From Patescibacteria group bacterium (GTDB taxonomy: Bacteria > Patescibacteriota > Minisyncoccia > Phycocordibacterales > DATDWN01), in contig JAZKJH010000003.1 of assembly GCA_040384485.1 (NCBI GenBank), positions 144,979 through 208,978 on the forward strand: a stretch of 64,000 bases of DNA, in the 5' to 3' direction. The notes below the pieces were generated by a model, which worked only from the letters and a program-made list of their open reading frames with translations, searched no databases and was not told where the DNA came from. The position numbers and the translations under genes were made by a program. Shown piece by piece: positions 28,966-36,962 of the stretch. How positions within the stretch are numbered: the first letter of the stretch is position 1; every line of letters starts with the position of its first letter.

Positions 28966-29487
28966 TTGTTTGTAAGGTTAATTATGAATCAATTGTATCA
29001 CTGGTGCCTGAATGGAAGAAAACTACTCTTAGTATCAAAAAACCGCCCGGACAAAACCTTGGAGCAATTTCACAATTGTTCGTTGGTATGTTACGCAGGG
29101 CGGTTGGCTAAACTGTTTGGGCAAACAGTTTAGTGGAGAAGTACATCCCAGTTGAGGTGATAGAGTGGGGTACAATATCACGCTTTTTAAAATAGTAGAT
29201 AAAGTTGATGATATTTTGACCATCCAACAGTACACCTACCAGGGTGCCTTCAAGGGGGAGGCTCGGCCGAGCCTCAAAAAATTGAAAGAACAAATTAAGA
29301 AGTTCATCCCGGGGTTTATCGGAAATCTTTTCTTGTTCTGAAATTAGTATATGTTTTTATAAAAGACATGTAAAGGACAAACAAAATAAAATTGTGGATA
29401 ACTAAATTTTAAATTGTATTTCTAGAGGGAAAAATAAAAGACAATATAATTTTACAAAATAAAAATCGATACTGAATGTATCGATTT

Positions 29488-30957
29488 TTATTTTACTTTA
29501 TGTTCTTTTCTTATTTTCTTCACCTCTATTTCATCCGCTTCTTCTTTGCTCTCTTTTCCACTCTCCCCCAGTGCTTTTAATTCGTCGGGTGGGAGTTGCA
29601 TCAGCTCTATTGCTTTGGTTTCCATGTATTCCTCGGTATTTTTCAACGGATCATCTAAAACTTCTTCAAGTAAGGCATGCAAAATGAATCCGATATGAGG
29701 TCCTGGTGCAGTTTTTGTTATTTCTATTATTTTTTTACCATCAATCTTGAGCATTCCTACCGAAACTGGGTCACGAAGTGCTTCTTCTATCATGGCGTGG
29801 TATTTGCGGAGACGATACGGGTCTTCTTTGGGCCTGCCAGTTCCTATACGGTCGCATATGCGCAGATTCATAAGATCCCAGATATTCTCCCGTCCAACAT
29901 TTACAATCATTCTACGGACCGCAGAGAGCGTAATTTGCTCAGTGTCAGAAAAGAACATGTGCCAACGAATCATCTTGGTTACTTTTTCAATAACTTTCGT
30001 CGGATACTTCATTCTTTCCAAGATTTTCTTGGTAACTCTTGCTCCAACCACTTCGTGACCATAAAAAGTCCACATTTTTGCCTTCAATCCCCTTCTGCGG
30101 GTTTCTGGTTTAGAAATATCATGAAACAAAGCCGAAAGTCGCATTTCTAGAGGGTAATTTTTGTCAGCCGAGGCCTGTACAGAGCGGAGCAAATGTTCCC
30201 ATACGTCGTATGAGTGTGCCCCACCTTGTTCTATTCCTATAGCTTTCTCTAGTTCAGGCGAGATATATTTCAAAATATCTAGCTTCCTCAGTGTCTGAAT
30301 AGCTATCATAGGGCTTGGAGACATAAGCATTTTGTTAAACTCATCTCGAATCCTCTCAGTACTGATGTTTTCTAATAGTTGAGCGTTGTTTAAGATAGCT
30401 TTCTCTGTCTCAGGCTCTATCTCGAACCCTAGTTCTACAGCAAAACGAATAACTCTAAGCATTCTAAGGCCATCTTCGTTGAAACGGTCCTCTGGCTTCC
30501 CTACTGTTCTAGCTATTTTATTTTGTAAGTCTTTCTGTCCCTCGAACAAGTCCACAATTGTTTCTTGTGAAACTGAGTACGCAAGAGAGTTGATGGTCAA
30601 ATCCCTTCTTTTTAGATCATCTTCTATTTTTTGGCTAAAAGTAACACTGTCTGGGTGCCTGTTGTCTGAATACTCGGATTCAAGTCTGTAAGGAGTCACT
30701 TCTATCACTTTTAGGCGCTCATCCCCCACTTCTTCGTTTACAATCCCTACTGTCCCAAAGGTATTTTCGTAAAACGTGTGGGTAAACAAAGGAATTATCT
30801 GTTCCGGAGTCGCGTTTGTGGTCACATCCCAATCCTTCGGATCCCTGCCGAGGATAAGATCTCTGACACATCCACCTACAAGAAAAGCCTCAAAACCAGC
30901 TTTTTCTAGCTCTTTTGTTACATATGAAACTTCACTGGGTATGGAGAATTTGTGCAT
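29488..30957 (-). CDS. cca: CCA-adding tRNA nucleotidyltransferase with HD domain
   Basis: VGGCVRD, DWD, RRDLTINS, RFNEDGLRMLR, ERIRDEF, H...HD. Confidence 0.93.
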   Translation of the reverse strand: MHKFSIPSEVSYVTKELEKAGFEAFLVGGCVRDLILGRDPKDWDVTTNATPEQIIPLFTHTFYENTFGTVGIVNEEVGDERLKVIEVTPYRLESEYSDNRHPDSVTFSQKIEDDLKRRDLTINSLAYSVSQETIVDLFEGQKDLQNKIARTVGKPEDRFNEDGLRMLRVIRFAVELGFEIEPETEKAILNNAQLLENISTERIRDEFNKMLMSPSPMIAIQTLRKLDILKYISPELEKAIGIEQGGAHSYDVWEHLLRSVQASADKNYPLEMRLSALFHDISKPETRRRGLKAKMWTFYGHEVVGARVTKKILERMKYPTKVIEKVTKMIRWHMFFSDTEQITLSAVRRMIVNVGRENIWDLMNLRICDRIGTGRPKEDPYRLRKYHAMIEEALRDPVSVGMLKIDGKKIIEITKTAPGPHIGFILHALLEEVLDDPLKNTEEYMETKAIELMQLPPDELKALGESGKESKEEADEIEVKKIRKEHKVK

Positions 30958-31014
30958 ACTGATTTATTTTAACATAGACCGAGCTAGATATTTATAGTAA
31001 TATGTTTTACTAAT

Positions 31015-31086
31015 GCACCCGTAGCTCAATGGATAGAGTACCGGTCTTCGGAACCGTGGATGTGGGTTCGATTCCTGCCGGGTGCA
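31015..31086 (+). tRNA. tRNA-Arg(UCG), no encoded CCA
   Basis: GCACCCG/CGGGTGC acceptor stem, anticodon loop CTTCGGA, GGTTCGATTCC T-arm. Confidence 0.93.
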
Positions 31087-31102
31087 CAATGAATGCTTTT
31101 TA

Positions 31103-31224
31103 GTGCGGCTTACGGAACTGGGAAACCCACGGTTTTCCCAATCCTTCCTCCACGGAAAACTCCCGTTTTCCGACCCTTTCCCACCCGGTACCCGCAGCAA
31201 AAATAACAGAGTTATTTTTTTCTG
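31103..31224 (-). repeat. tRNA-3'-anchored element, copy 1 (after tRNA-Gly GCC)
   Basis: 40-nt and 18-nt blocks identical to copy 2; flanked by inverted and direct copies of the tRNA-Gly 3' end. Confidence 0.85.
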
Positions 31225-31295
31225 TGCGGCTACCGGGAATCGAACCCGAATCTCGTCCTTGGCAAGGACGTGTTCTACCACTAAACCATAGCCGC
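31225..31295 (-). tRNA. tRNA-Gly(GCC), no encoded CCA
   Basis: GCGGCTA/TAGCCGC acceptor stem, anticodon loop TTGCCAA, GGTTCGATTCC T-arm. Confidence 0.95.
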
Positions 31296-31314
31296 AATCC
31301 CTAGAATAATACTA

Positions 31315-31405
31315 TTATCCAAGCAAAAAGTAAAATTGTCTTTTTAGTGTTTAAAACTTAATGTTTTGTTAATAACTGTGGATAACCTTGTGGACATGTG
31401 TATTA
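31315..31405. promoter_or_regulatory. DnaA-box cluster
   Basis: Perfect TGTGGATAA at 31377-31385 with tandem imperfect boxes at 31367, 31389, 31397 and TTATCCAAG at 31315. Confidence 0.5.
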
Positions 31406-31612
31406 AAGACAGGTCTTTGACTTCCCTGTTTTTGGAGTTTAAAAGTCAGTTTTTGATGATAATATGGCTACAAACAAGGGTTTTTAGAATAAGACAGCGC
31501 AGTTTATGCTACCAAGTGACAGGAGAATATGCATTTCACGTGAAACACACCTATAAATGTTACACATGTAACAAATAGACCTATTTTGTGGAAGGAGTTA
31601 TAATAATGTTAC

Positions 31613-32044
31613 ATGTGGAACAGAGCTAAAAAGGCTAAGGAACAGACTGAAAAGCAAAAAATTGGAAAGATAGGGGAGGATTCGGCTTGTGTTTATTTGG
31701 AAAGGACAGGTTTCGCTATTTTGGATAGAAATTACCTCAAAAAATGGGGAGAAATAGATATTGTGGCTAAAAAGAAGGATAAAATACATTTTGTGGAAGT
31801 AAAAAGTGTAAGTAGGAATTTGAATAACGTTTCGGATGAAACATTTGGTAGGGAAGGTGAATACCGGGCTGAAGACAATATGCATCCATGGAAACTAGAA
31901 CGCCTAGCTAGAGCCATCAGCTCATATCTATTGGACAAAAACGTTTCGGATGAAACAGAGTGGCAACTGGATCTGGCTGTCGTTTATGTGGATATGGATA
32001 AGAGACTTTCGAGAGTGGAAATTCTACATGACATAGTCCTATAG
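31613..32044 (+). CDS. YraN-family endonuclease-like protein
   Basis: GKIGED.A..YL, ILDRNY, GEIDIVA, FVEVK. Confidence 0.9.
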   Translation: MWNRAKKAKEQTEKQKIGKIGEDSACVYLERTGFAILDRNYLKKWGEIDIVAKKKDKIHFVEVKSVSRNLNNVSDETFGREGEYRAEDNMHPWKLERLARAISSYLLDKNVSDETEWQLDLAVVYVDMDKRLSRVEILHDIVL

Positions 32045-32101
32045 AATAAATTGTAATTTGGAATCTTTGTGGTAGACTTGTTGAGTAATATATTTAGTAT
32101 A

Positions 32102-32172
32102 CGGGGTGTAGTATAGCGGTAGTATTCATGATTTGGGATCATGAGGCCCGAGTTCGATTCTCGGCACCCCGA
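32102..32172 (+). tRNA. tRNA-Pro(UGG), no encoded CCA
   Basis: CGGGGTG/CACCCCG acceptor stem, anticodon loop TTTGGGA, GTTCGATTC T-loop. Confidence 0.95.
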
Positions 32173-32309
32173 CAATAAAATCTTTAGATTTTTGACGTGC
32201 CGAGAGGGAAAGGGTCGGAAAACGGGAGTTTTCCGTGGAGGAAGGCAACGAGCAAAGCGAGTGTTGGAAAACCGTGGGTTTCCAAGGACGGTAACCCCGA
32301 CAATAAAAT
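32173..32309 (+). repeat. tRNA-3'-anchored element, copy 2 (after tRNA-Pro)
   Basis: Same core as copy 1; 16-bp direct repeat ACCCCGACAATAAAAT at 32166 and 32294; GTGCCGAGA inverted copy at 32197. Confidence 0.85.
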
Positions 32310-32366
32310 TCTTCAGTTTTCAGTATTATCCTCGCAAAAAATTTTTGTTGCTGATATTATTTATTA

Positions 32367-33281
32367 ATGCTCACAACAATAGTTATCCCGGTTCTCTCTT
32401 TAGTGGCAGTGTTTCTTTTTGCAGTAGGGAAGTTTAGTAACCAAATCCGTCAGACAACAGACGACAAATTGCGTCATTATCTTAATAAATTTACTAAAAC
32501 TCCATTTAGAGGACTGTTGGTCGGAACTTTTTTTACAGCGATAGTGCAGTCTAGTACAGCCACAACTGTTATATTGGTGAGTATAGTGGGGGCGGGAGTA
32601 CTACCTTTTGTTAACAGTCTTGGGGTTATTTTTGGAGCAAACATAGGTACAGCATTAGCAACCCAGTTGGTGGCACTAAAACTTTCAGCCATCGCGCCGT
32701 ATATTATTATTGTTGGCTATTTGTTTTCTAACTTCAGTGAGAGATATAAAAAACTTGGTAAACCAATATTTTATTTCGGTTTGATATTTTTCAGTCTTTA
32801 TTTGATAGGTTTGTATGTGGAGCCACTGAAGGATAGTCAACTTGCAATAAGTTTGTTCTCAAGTATCTCCAATATTTACCTAGCTATACTTTTTGGGTTT
32901 ATTTTTACGGCAATTATTCAAGCAAGTTTGGTCACATCTAGTCTTGCTGTTCTGCTTGCTGGTGCCGGGGTACTTTCTTTTGAGCAGGCTATCGGACTTA
33001 TCCTTGGAGCCAACTTGGGAACAACAACCACCGCTCTTATCGCAGCGATAAAACTTGATGTGGATGCAAAGAAGGTTGCCATGGCCCACTTTCTTTTCAA
33101 CTTCTTAGGAGTTTTGATGTTGATACCAGTTTATGGGTATTTTGTGGATTTGGTTAAGTGGATAGGTGGGGGACTGGATCAGGAAGTGGCAACAGCGAAT
33201 ATTTTGTTAAACGTTTTTTCAGCAATTATATTTTTAATTTTCATTAAGCCATTTAAAAGGCTTATTGACCTTACTGTTTAG
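32367..33281 (+). CDS. Na/Pi cotransporter family membrane protein (no PhoU tail)
   Basis: TAIVQSSTAT and GANIGT, repeated as TAIIQASLVT and GANLGTT. Confidence 0.88.
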   Translation: MLTTIVIPVLSLVAVFLFAVGKFSNQIRQTTDDKLRHYLNKFTKTPFRGLLVGTFFTAIVQSSTATTVILVSIVGAGVLPFVNSLGVIFGANIGTALATQLVALKLSAIAPYIIIVGYLFSNFSERYKKLGKPIFYFGLIFFSLYLIGLYVEPLKDSQLAISLFSSISNIYLAILFGFIFTAIIQASLVTSSLAVLLAGAGVLSFEQAIGLILGANLGTTTTALIAAIKLDVDAKKVAMAHFLFNFLGVLMLIPVYGYFVDLVKWIGGGLDQEVATANILLNVFSAIIFLIFIKPFKRLIDLTV

Positions 33282-33331
33282 ATAATAAAAAAACACCTCG
33301 CTCCCAAAACAGGGAACGAGGTGAGTGGTTG

Positions 33332-33727
33332 CTAACGACCAATTTCACCATAGACGAAGGTTGGTCTACCCTGCACAATCACAATTTGAAGCCGATTCAT
33401 GTTAAGTTCTCTTCGTGCCAGTCTAACCGCTTCATCCCAGTCGTGGAACTGAGCTTTGATGTTTTCCGACTCAGAGTCATCCCCTAAGCTTTGCGGAATT
33501 CCGAGTAACACCACTTGCCCTTCGAGACGGTCAAAATCTTCTGGATCGAGGGGTGGTGAGTCGAAAAAACCAATCTGACTAAGAAGAACAAAAAACACAG
33601 CAGCGTGCTGTGCGGCCAGAACTGACTTGATGCAAACCGGAGTCTGTTCTCCGTCAATGAAGAAGAATCCGTGAGGTTCTTTTTCAGTGTGTGGATGTTG
33701 TGAAAGTCCAAAATCGACTCGTGGCAT
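33332..33727 (-). CDS. Orphan cassette protein (start revised to ATG 33727)
   Basis: TTGACA (33782-33787)-17-TATTTT, SD GGAGG 6 nt before ATG, terminator CACCTCG...CGAGGTGTTTTTTT. Confidence 0.7.
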   Translation of the reverse strand: MPRVDFGLSQHPHTEKEPHGFFFIDGEQTPVCIKSVLAAQHAAVFFVLLSQIGFFDSPPLDPEDFDRLEGQVVLLGIPQSLGDDSESENIKAQFHDWDEAVRLARRELNMNRLQIVIVQGRPTFVYGEIGR

Positions 33728-33811
33728 TTGTGTCCTCCAATGTACAAAATCTGAGTTTAAAATAGCAACCCGAGATATCTTTGTCAATTAATTTTGTGAT
33801 ATATTTGGTTT

Positions 33812-34117
33812 ATGACTTTTATTAAAAATAAGGAAGACTTTGTTTGTGAAAAATGTGGAACAGAGGTTGCTGGTAATGGATACACTAACCATTGTCCAGA
33901 ATGTTTGTGGTCCAAACATGTTGATATAAATCCAGGGGACAGAGCGAGCATTTGTGCGGGAATGATGGAGCCGGTGCGTGTAGAAAAAAAAGGAAAAGAA
34001 TATACGTTAATCCACAAATGCATTAAATGTGGTTTTGAAAAACCAAACAAGGCTGTACCGGAAGATAATTTTCAAATTCTGGTACAGGTCTCGGCAGAAA
34101 ATGCAAAAAAGTTTTAA
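33812..34117 (+). CDS. RNHCP-domain zinc-binding protein
   Basis: F.CEKCG, TNHCPECLWSKHVD..PGDRAS.C.G.MEP, HKCIKCG. Confidence 0.9.
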   Translation: MTFIKNKEDFVCEKCGTEVAGNGYTNHCPECLWSKHVDINPGDRASICAGMMEPVRVEKKGKEYTLIHKCIKCGFEKPNKAVPEDNFQILVQVSAENAKKF

Positions 34118-35244
34118 TTCACTCTCTTCAAAACATCAGTCAGTATTTTCGTAAGCTCGGGAGCCTTTTCTGTTTGAAACTTTTGTGCAAAGGCTTCTAC
34201 ATCTCCATTTAAAAATTGTTCCAAATTAAGTCCCGTGTCTTTTTCTAGACTTCTGTTTATATATCCAGTGGTTATGGCTCGCAAGTCTCTTTCGCCAGTC
34301 GTGTCACCGTCTGTACTTGTAGAAATGACTCCCAAAAGTTCCCCGTCATCATCCACCACAGCTCCACCTGACGAGCCCTTCTGGGAAACTACAGTTCCGC
34401 CAACAGCAAGGAGATCCACCGTTCCTTCTTTGTATGTAAAAACATCTTGTATTGTCGTGATAGCACTAACTAGACTTAAATTTTGAGCGATAGTCTGTCC
34501 CCCCAGGAAACCAGCAGGGTAGGACACTAGTACAACTGACTCACCGATATCTATAACTGCTCTAATGTCTGGTTTTGTATGAGGAATATTTGTTGAGATA
34601 GGTGTTCCATCCACATGACCTGTAACTCGCAGGAAAGCAAAATCATACTCACCTGTTCCCAAAGGATTTTGGTCTTTTATGGTGGTGGTATTTTCTCTAA
34701 CCCACTCTGGGGAAATATAAGCTAACTCGAGTGTGTATTTTGGATAGGCAGGACTACCAGTTCTCGCCACACATCGGATAAAATCTTTGTAATAAAGATC
34801 TTTGAGTAATAGATATTGAGCAATGTGCGCATTGGTCAGTATCACTCCACTTTCGTGTATAAGTATCCCTGTACCTGAAATAGGTGAGAGCGAGCCTACC
34901 CCTGTGGTGCAGAGTATGTTAACAACAGAACTCCGTGTTGCTAGGTTTATTTTTTCAAAATCAACAACTTTTTTCGGTACTTCTATTTTCGGCACATCTA
35001 TAATAACTTCCGGTTTTGTCTCAATTTTGGGAGGAGTCGGGGCGGCAACAGGTTTTTTGGCAACTTCTTCATTCACAACAACCTTTGTTTCCTCTGTTGA
35101 AGAGGCGATATCTAACACTGTTTCCGTTTCTGTTTCTGAGTTTTCAGTTGCAACTGTTGTTTCGACTTTGTTTCGCTCAGTATAAAAACTTACACCAGAT
35201 ACAATAAAAACAGTCCCAATTAGTATCAAAAAAGCTTTCTGCAT
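34114..35244 (-). CDS. Membrane-anchored trypsin-like (S1) serine protease
   Basis: SGTG, ILTNAHI, DFAFL and GSSGGAV catalytic motifs. Confidence 0.85.
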   Translation of the reverse strand: MQKAFLILIGTVFIVSGVSFYTERNKVETTVATENSETETETVLDIASSTEETKVVVNEEVAKKPVAAPTPPKIETKPEVIIDVPKIEVPKKVVDFEKINLATRSSVVNILCTTGVGSLSPISGTGILIHESGVILTNAHIAQYLLLKDLYYKDFIRCVARTGSPAYPKYTLELAYISPEWVRENTTTIKDQNPLGTGEYDFAFLRVTGHVDGTPISTNIPHTKPDIRAVIDIGESVVLVSYPAGFLGGQTIAQNLSLVSAITTIQDVFTYKEGTVDLLAVGGTVVSQKGSSGGAVVDDDGELLGVISTSTDGDTTGERDLRAITTGYINRSLEKDTGLNLEQFLNGDVEAFAQKFQTEKAPELTKILTDVLKRVN

Positions 35245-35433
35245 AATGTGATGATTATATCACTAAATGAAAACATATAATTTTTTGATTCTGCACTGTG
35301 TTTCTGTAGGTACATAAGCATTTGGTGGCAGATTTAGGCAAAAACATGGACTGTACGCATACCACAAAACATCGCAGGACCTTCTTCTGTTAAATTGCAG
35401 ATATTGGAGTTTTCTGATAACATATTTAACAAT

Positions 35434-35504
35434 ACGGGATTAGTTTAGTGGTAAAATGACTGCCTTCCAAGCAGTATACACCAGTTCGATTCTGGTATCC
35501 CGTA
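35434..35504 (+). tRNA. tRNA-Gly(UCC), atypical A1-U72 pair, no encoded CCA
   Basis: ACGGGAT/ATCCCGT acceptor stem, ACTGC-CTTCCAA-GCAGT anticodon arm, GTTCGATTC; downstream terminator hairpin. Confidence 0.9.
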
Positions 35505-35695
35505 CATTAATAAAAAACACCAATTGGAGGTGTTTTTTATTTTTTCTTAATAATTTGCTTTAACGTAGACAAAATTATCCCTGACTGGTTCTACCATCCC
35601 AACTTTTTCCAAAGCATGAAATATTCCTCATCTTATATAAAAATAAAAAACACCGTATTCTGCTAACTAGTAGAATACGGTGCGATGCAGAGAGA

Positions 35696-35965
35696 TTATT
35701 TCCAAAGTGGAATTAATCCGTGGTCGATCTTTTTTCCAGACAGCACATTCAATGTCATAAACATGAGACATCCAAAGGAGCCCATGAAGCCAAAAAATGA
35801 AAATATCGCCAGCACGAACCCAAGATTCACCGTGACAAGTTCAAGAACTAGCGGCGGGTTTTTCATCTCTACTGTAAAAGTAAAAAGATAGAAACCCACG
35901 AGAATCATCAAGAAACAAACCACTGAGCCAATAAGCGTTGTAAACCAGAGTTTGAATGATTTCAT
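35696..35965 (-). CDS. Orphan two-TM membrane protein (start revised to ATG 35965)
   Basis: TTGACG-17-TATTAT (36102-36074), SD GAGGAGG, terminator CACCGTATTCT...AGAATACGGTGTTTTTT. Confidence 0.7.
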   Translation of the reverse strand: MKSFKLWFTTLIGSVVCFLMILVGFYLFTFTVEMKNPPLVLELVTVNLGFVLAIFSFFGFMGSFGCLMFMTLNVLSGKKIDHGLIPLWK

Positions 35966-36185
35966 TTTTCCTCCTCGCATTCGCGAGATGTAGACCTTGG
36001 CGTAATTGCCAGGTTTACTATACGGGGTGCTCGATTGAGCAAATCTTGGGGAGTCAACGAACTATCTAAGAAAATAATACCACGCATAACAAATAACGTC
36101 AAACATATAATTTATAAACTATATATTATTCAATAAAAAGGTTTATTTTAAAACATATAAATGATATAATATATTTATATCATTT

Positions 36186-36929
36186 ATGAAAAATATAGAT
36201 TTAGAATTGAAAAAAGTTGGTTTGTTGAGCTCAGAAATCACTGTTTATAAATTTTTACTATCCAGTGGACTATCTAGTCCGCCAGATATAGCCCAAGGTA
36301 CCAAGTTATTAAGGCCAAATGTATATGGGGTTTTGAAAAGCTTAAGAAGGATGAACTTGATAGATGTAAGACAGAAAGGAAAAAGAATTTTGTACTTGGC
36401 CAAGGACCCAGAAGCCCTAATCGTTTCATTGGAGAACAAGAAGGAGGCAATAGAGAGTATACTGCCAGACCTAAGGGATTTGTTTAAAAGTGAAAAAAAC
36501 AAACCATCTACTAGGTATTATTACGGTTTAGAAGAGATAAAAACTATTTTTAAAGAATGTGGTGATGCAAAAGAGATTTTATTTATAGTGACTACGGATA
36601 AGTTATTTACTACTTACTCGAGTTTTTTTGATAAATTTAGGTCGGATATGACAAAACAAGGAGTTTTTATTAAAGATATCTTAACTTATGGGTCGAAAGA
36701 GAGTGTGGCCATCCCAACCAAGGAAACTATGAAAGGATATTATGACTACAGAGTTCTTTCTGGTGACAACAACTCCTATCCAACCAGTATTAGGATTTGG
36801 GGGGATAATGTGGCGTTGGTCACTCTAGAGGAAAGCGCCATTGGAATGGTTATCACCAATAAAGCTATGGCAGAAACATTCAAAATGATTTTTAATGTAA
36901 TGTGGTCTCAATCCAAGCCACAATTTTAA
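36186..36929 (+). CDS. TrmB-family transcriptional regulator
   Basis: N-terminal wHTH (GL...E..VY..LL..G...IA....RPNVY..L) and C-terminal sensor-like domain ending F..MW. Confidence 0.85.
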   Translation: MKNIDLELKKVGLLSSEITVYKFLLSSGLSSPPDIAQGTKLLRPNVYGVLKSLRRMNLIDVRQKGKRILYLAKDPEALIVSLENKKEAIESILPDLRDLFKSEKNKPSTRYYYGLEEIKTIFKECGDAKEILFIVTTDKLFTTYSSFFDKFRSDMTKQGVFIKDILTYGSKESVAIPTKETMKGYYDYRVLSGDNNSYPTSIRIWGDNVALVTLEESAIGMVITNKAMAETFKMIFNVMWSQSKPQF

Positions 36930-36962
36930 TTGATACCAGCTATTCATGGTATTATTTATTTT

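Larger units (their letters stand above)
30559..31957. promoter_or_regulatory. Cluster of seven parS-like palindromes
   Basis: Sites at 30559, 30916, 31532, 31558, 31607, 31828 and 31942 resemble TGTTNCACGTGAAACA. Confidence 0.7.

Noticed and set aside
31300-31610. Firm oriC call
   Set aside because: No dnaA/dnaN in the window and no strand-bias switch at this point; needs whole-genome skew
30964-32437. ORFs 30964-31281, 31082-31291, 31100-31297, 31984-32175 and 32141-32437
   Set aside because: They overlap tRNA genes and the repeat element and are translation artefacts
35334-35423. 29-aa minus-strand ORF upstream of tRNA-Gly(UCC)
   Set aside because: Too short, no SD or leaderless -10 recognised, and it overlaps the probable tRNA promoter
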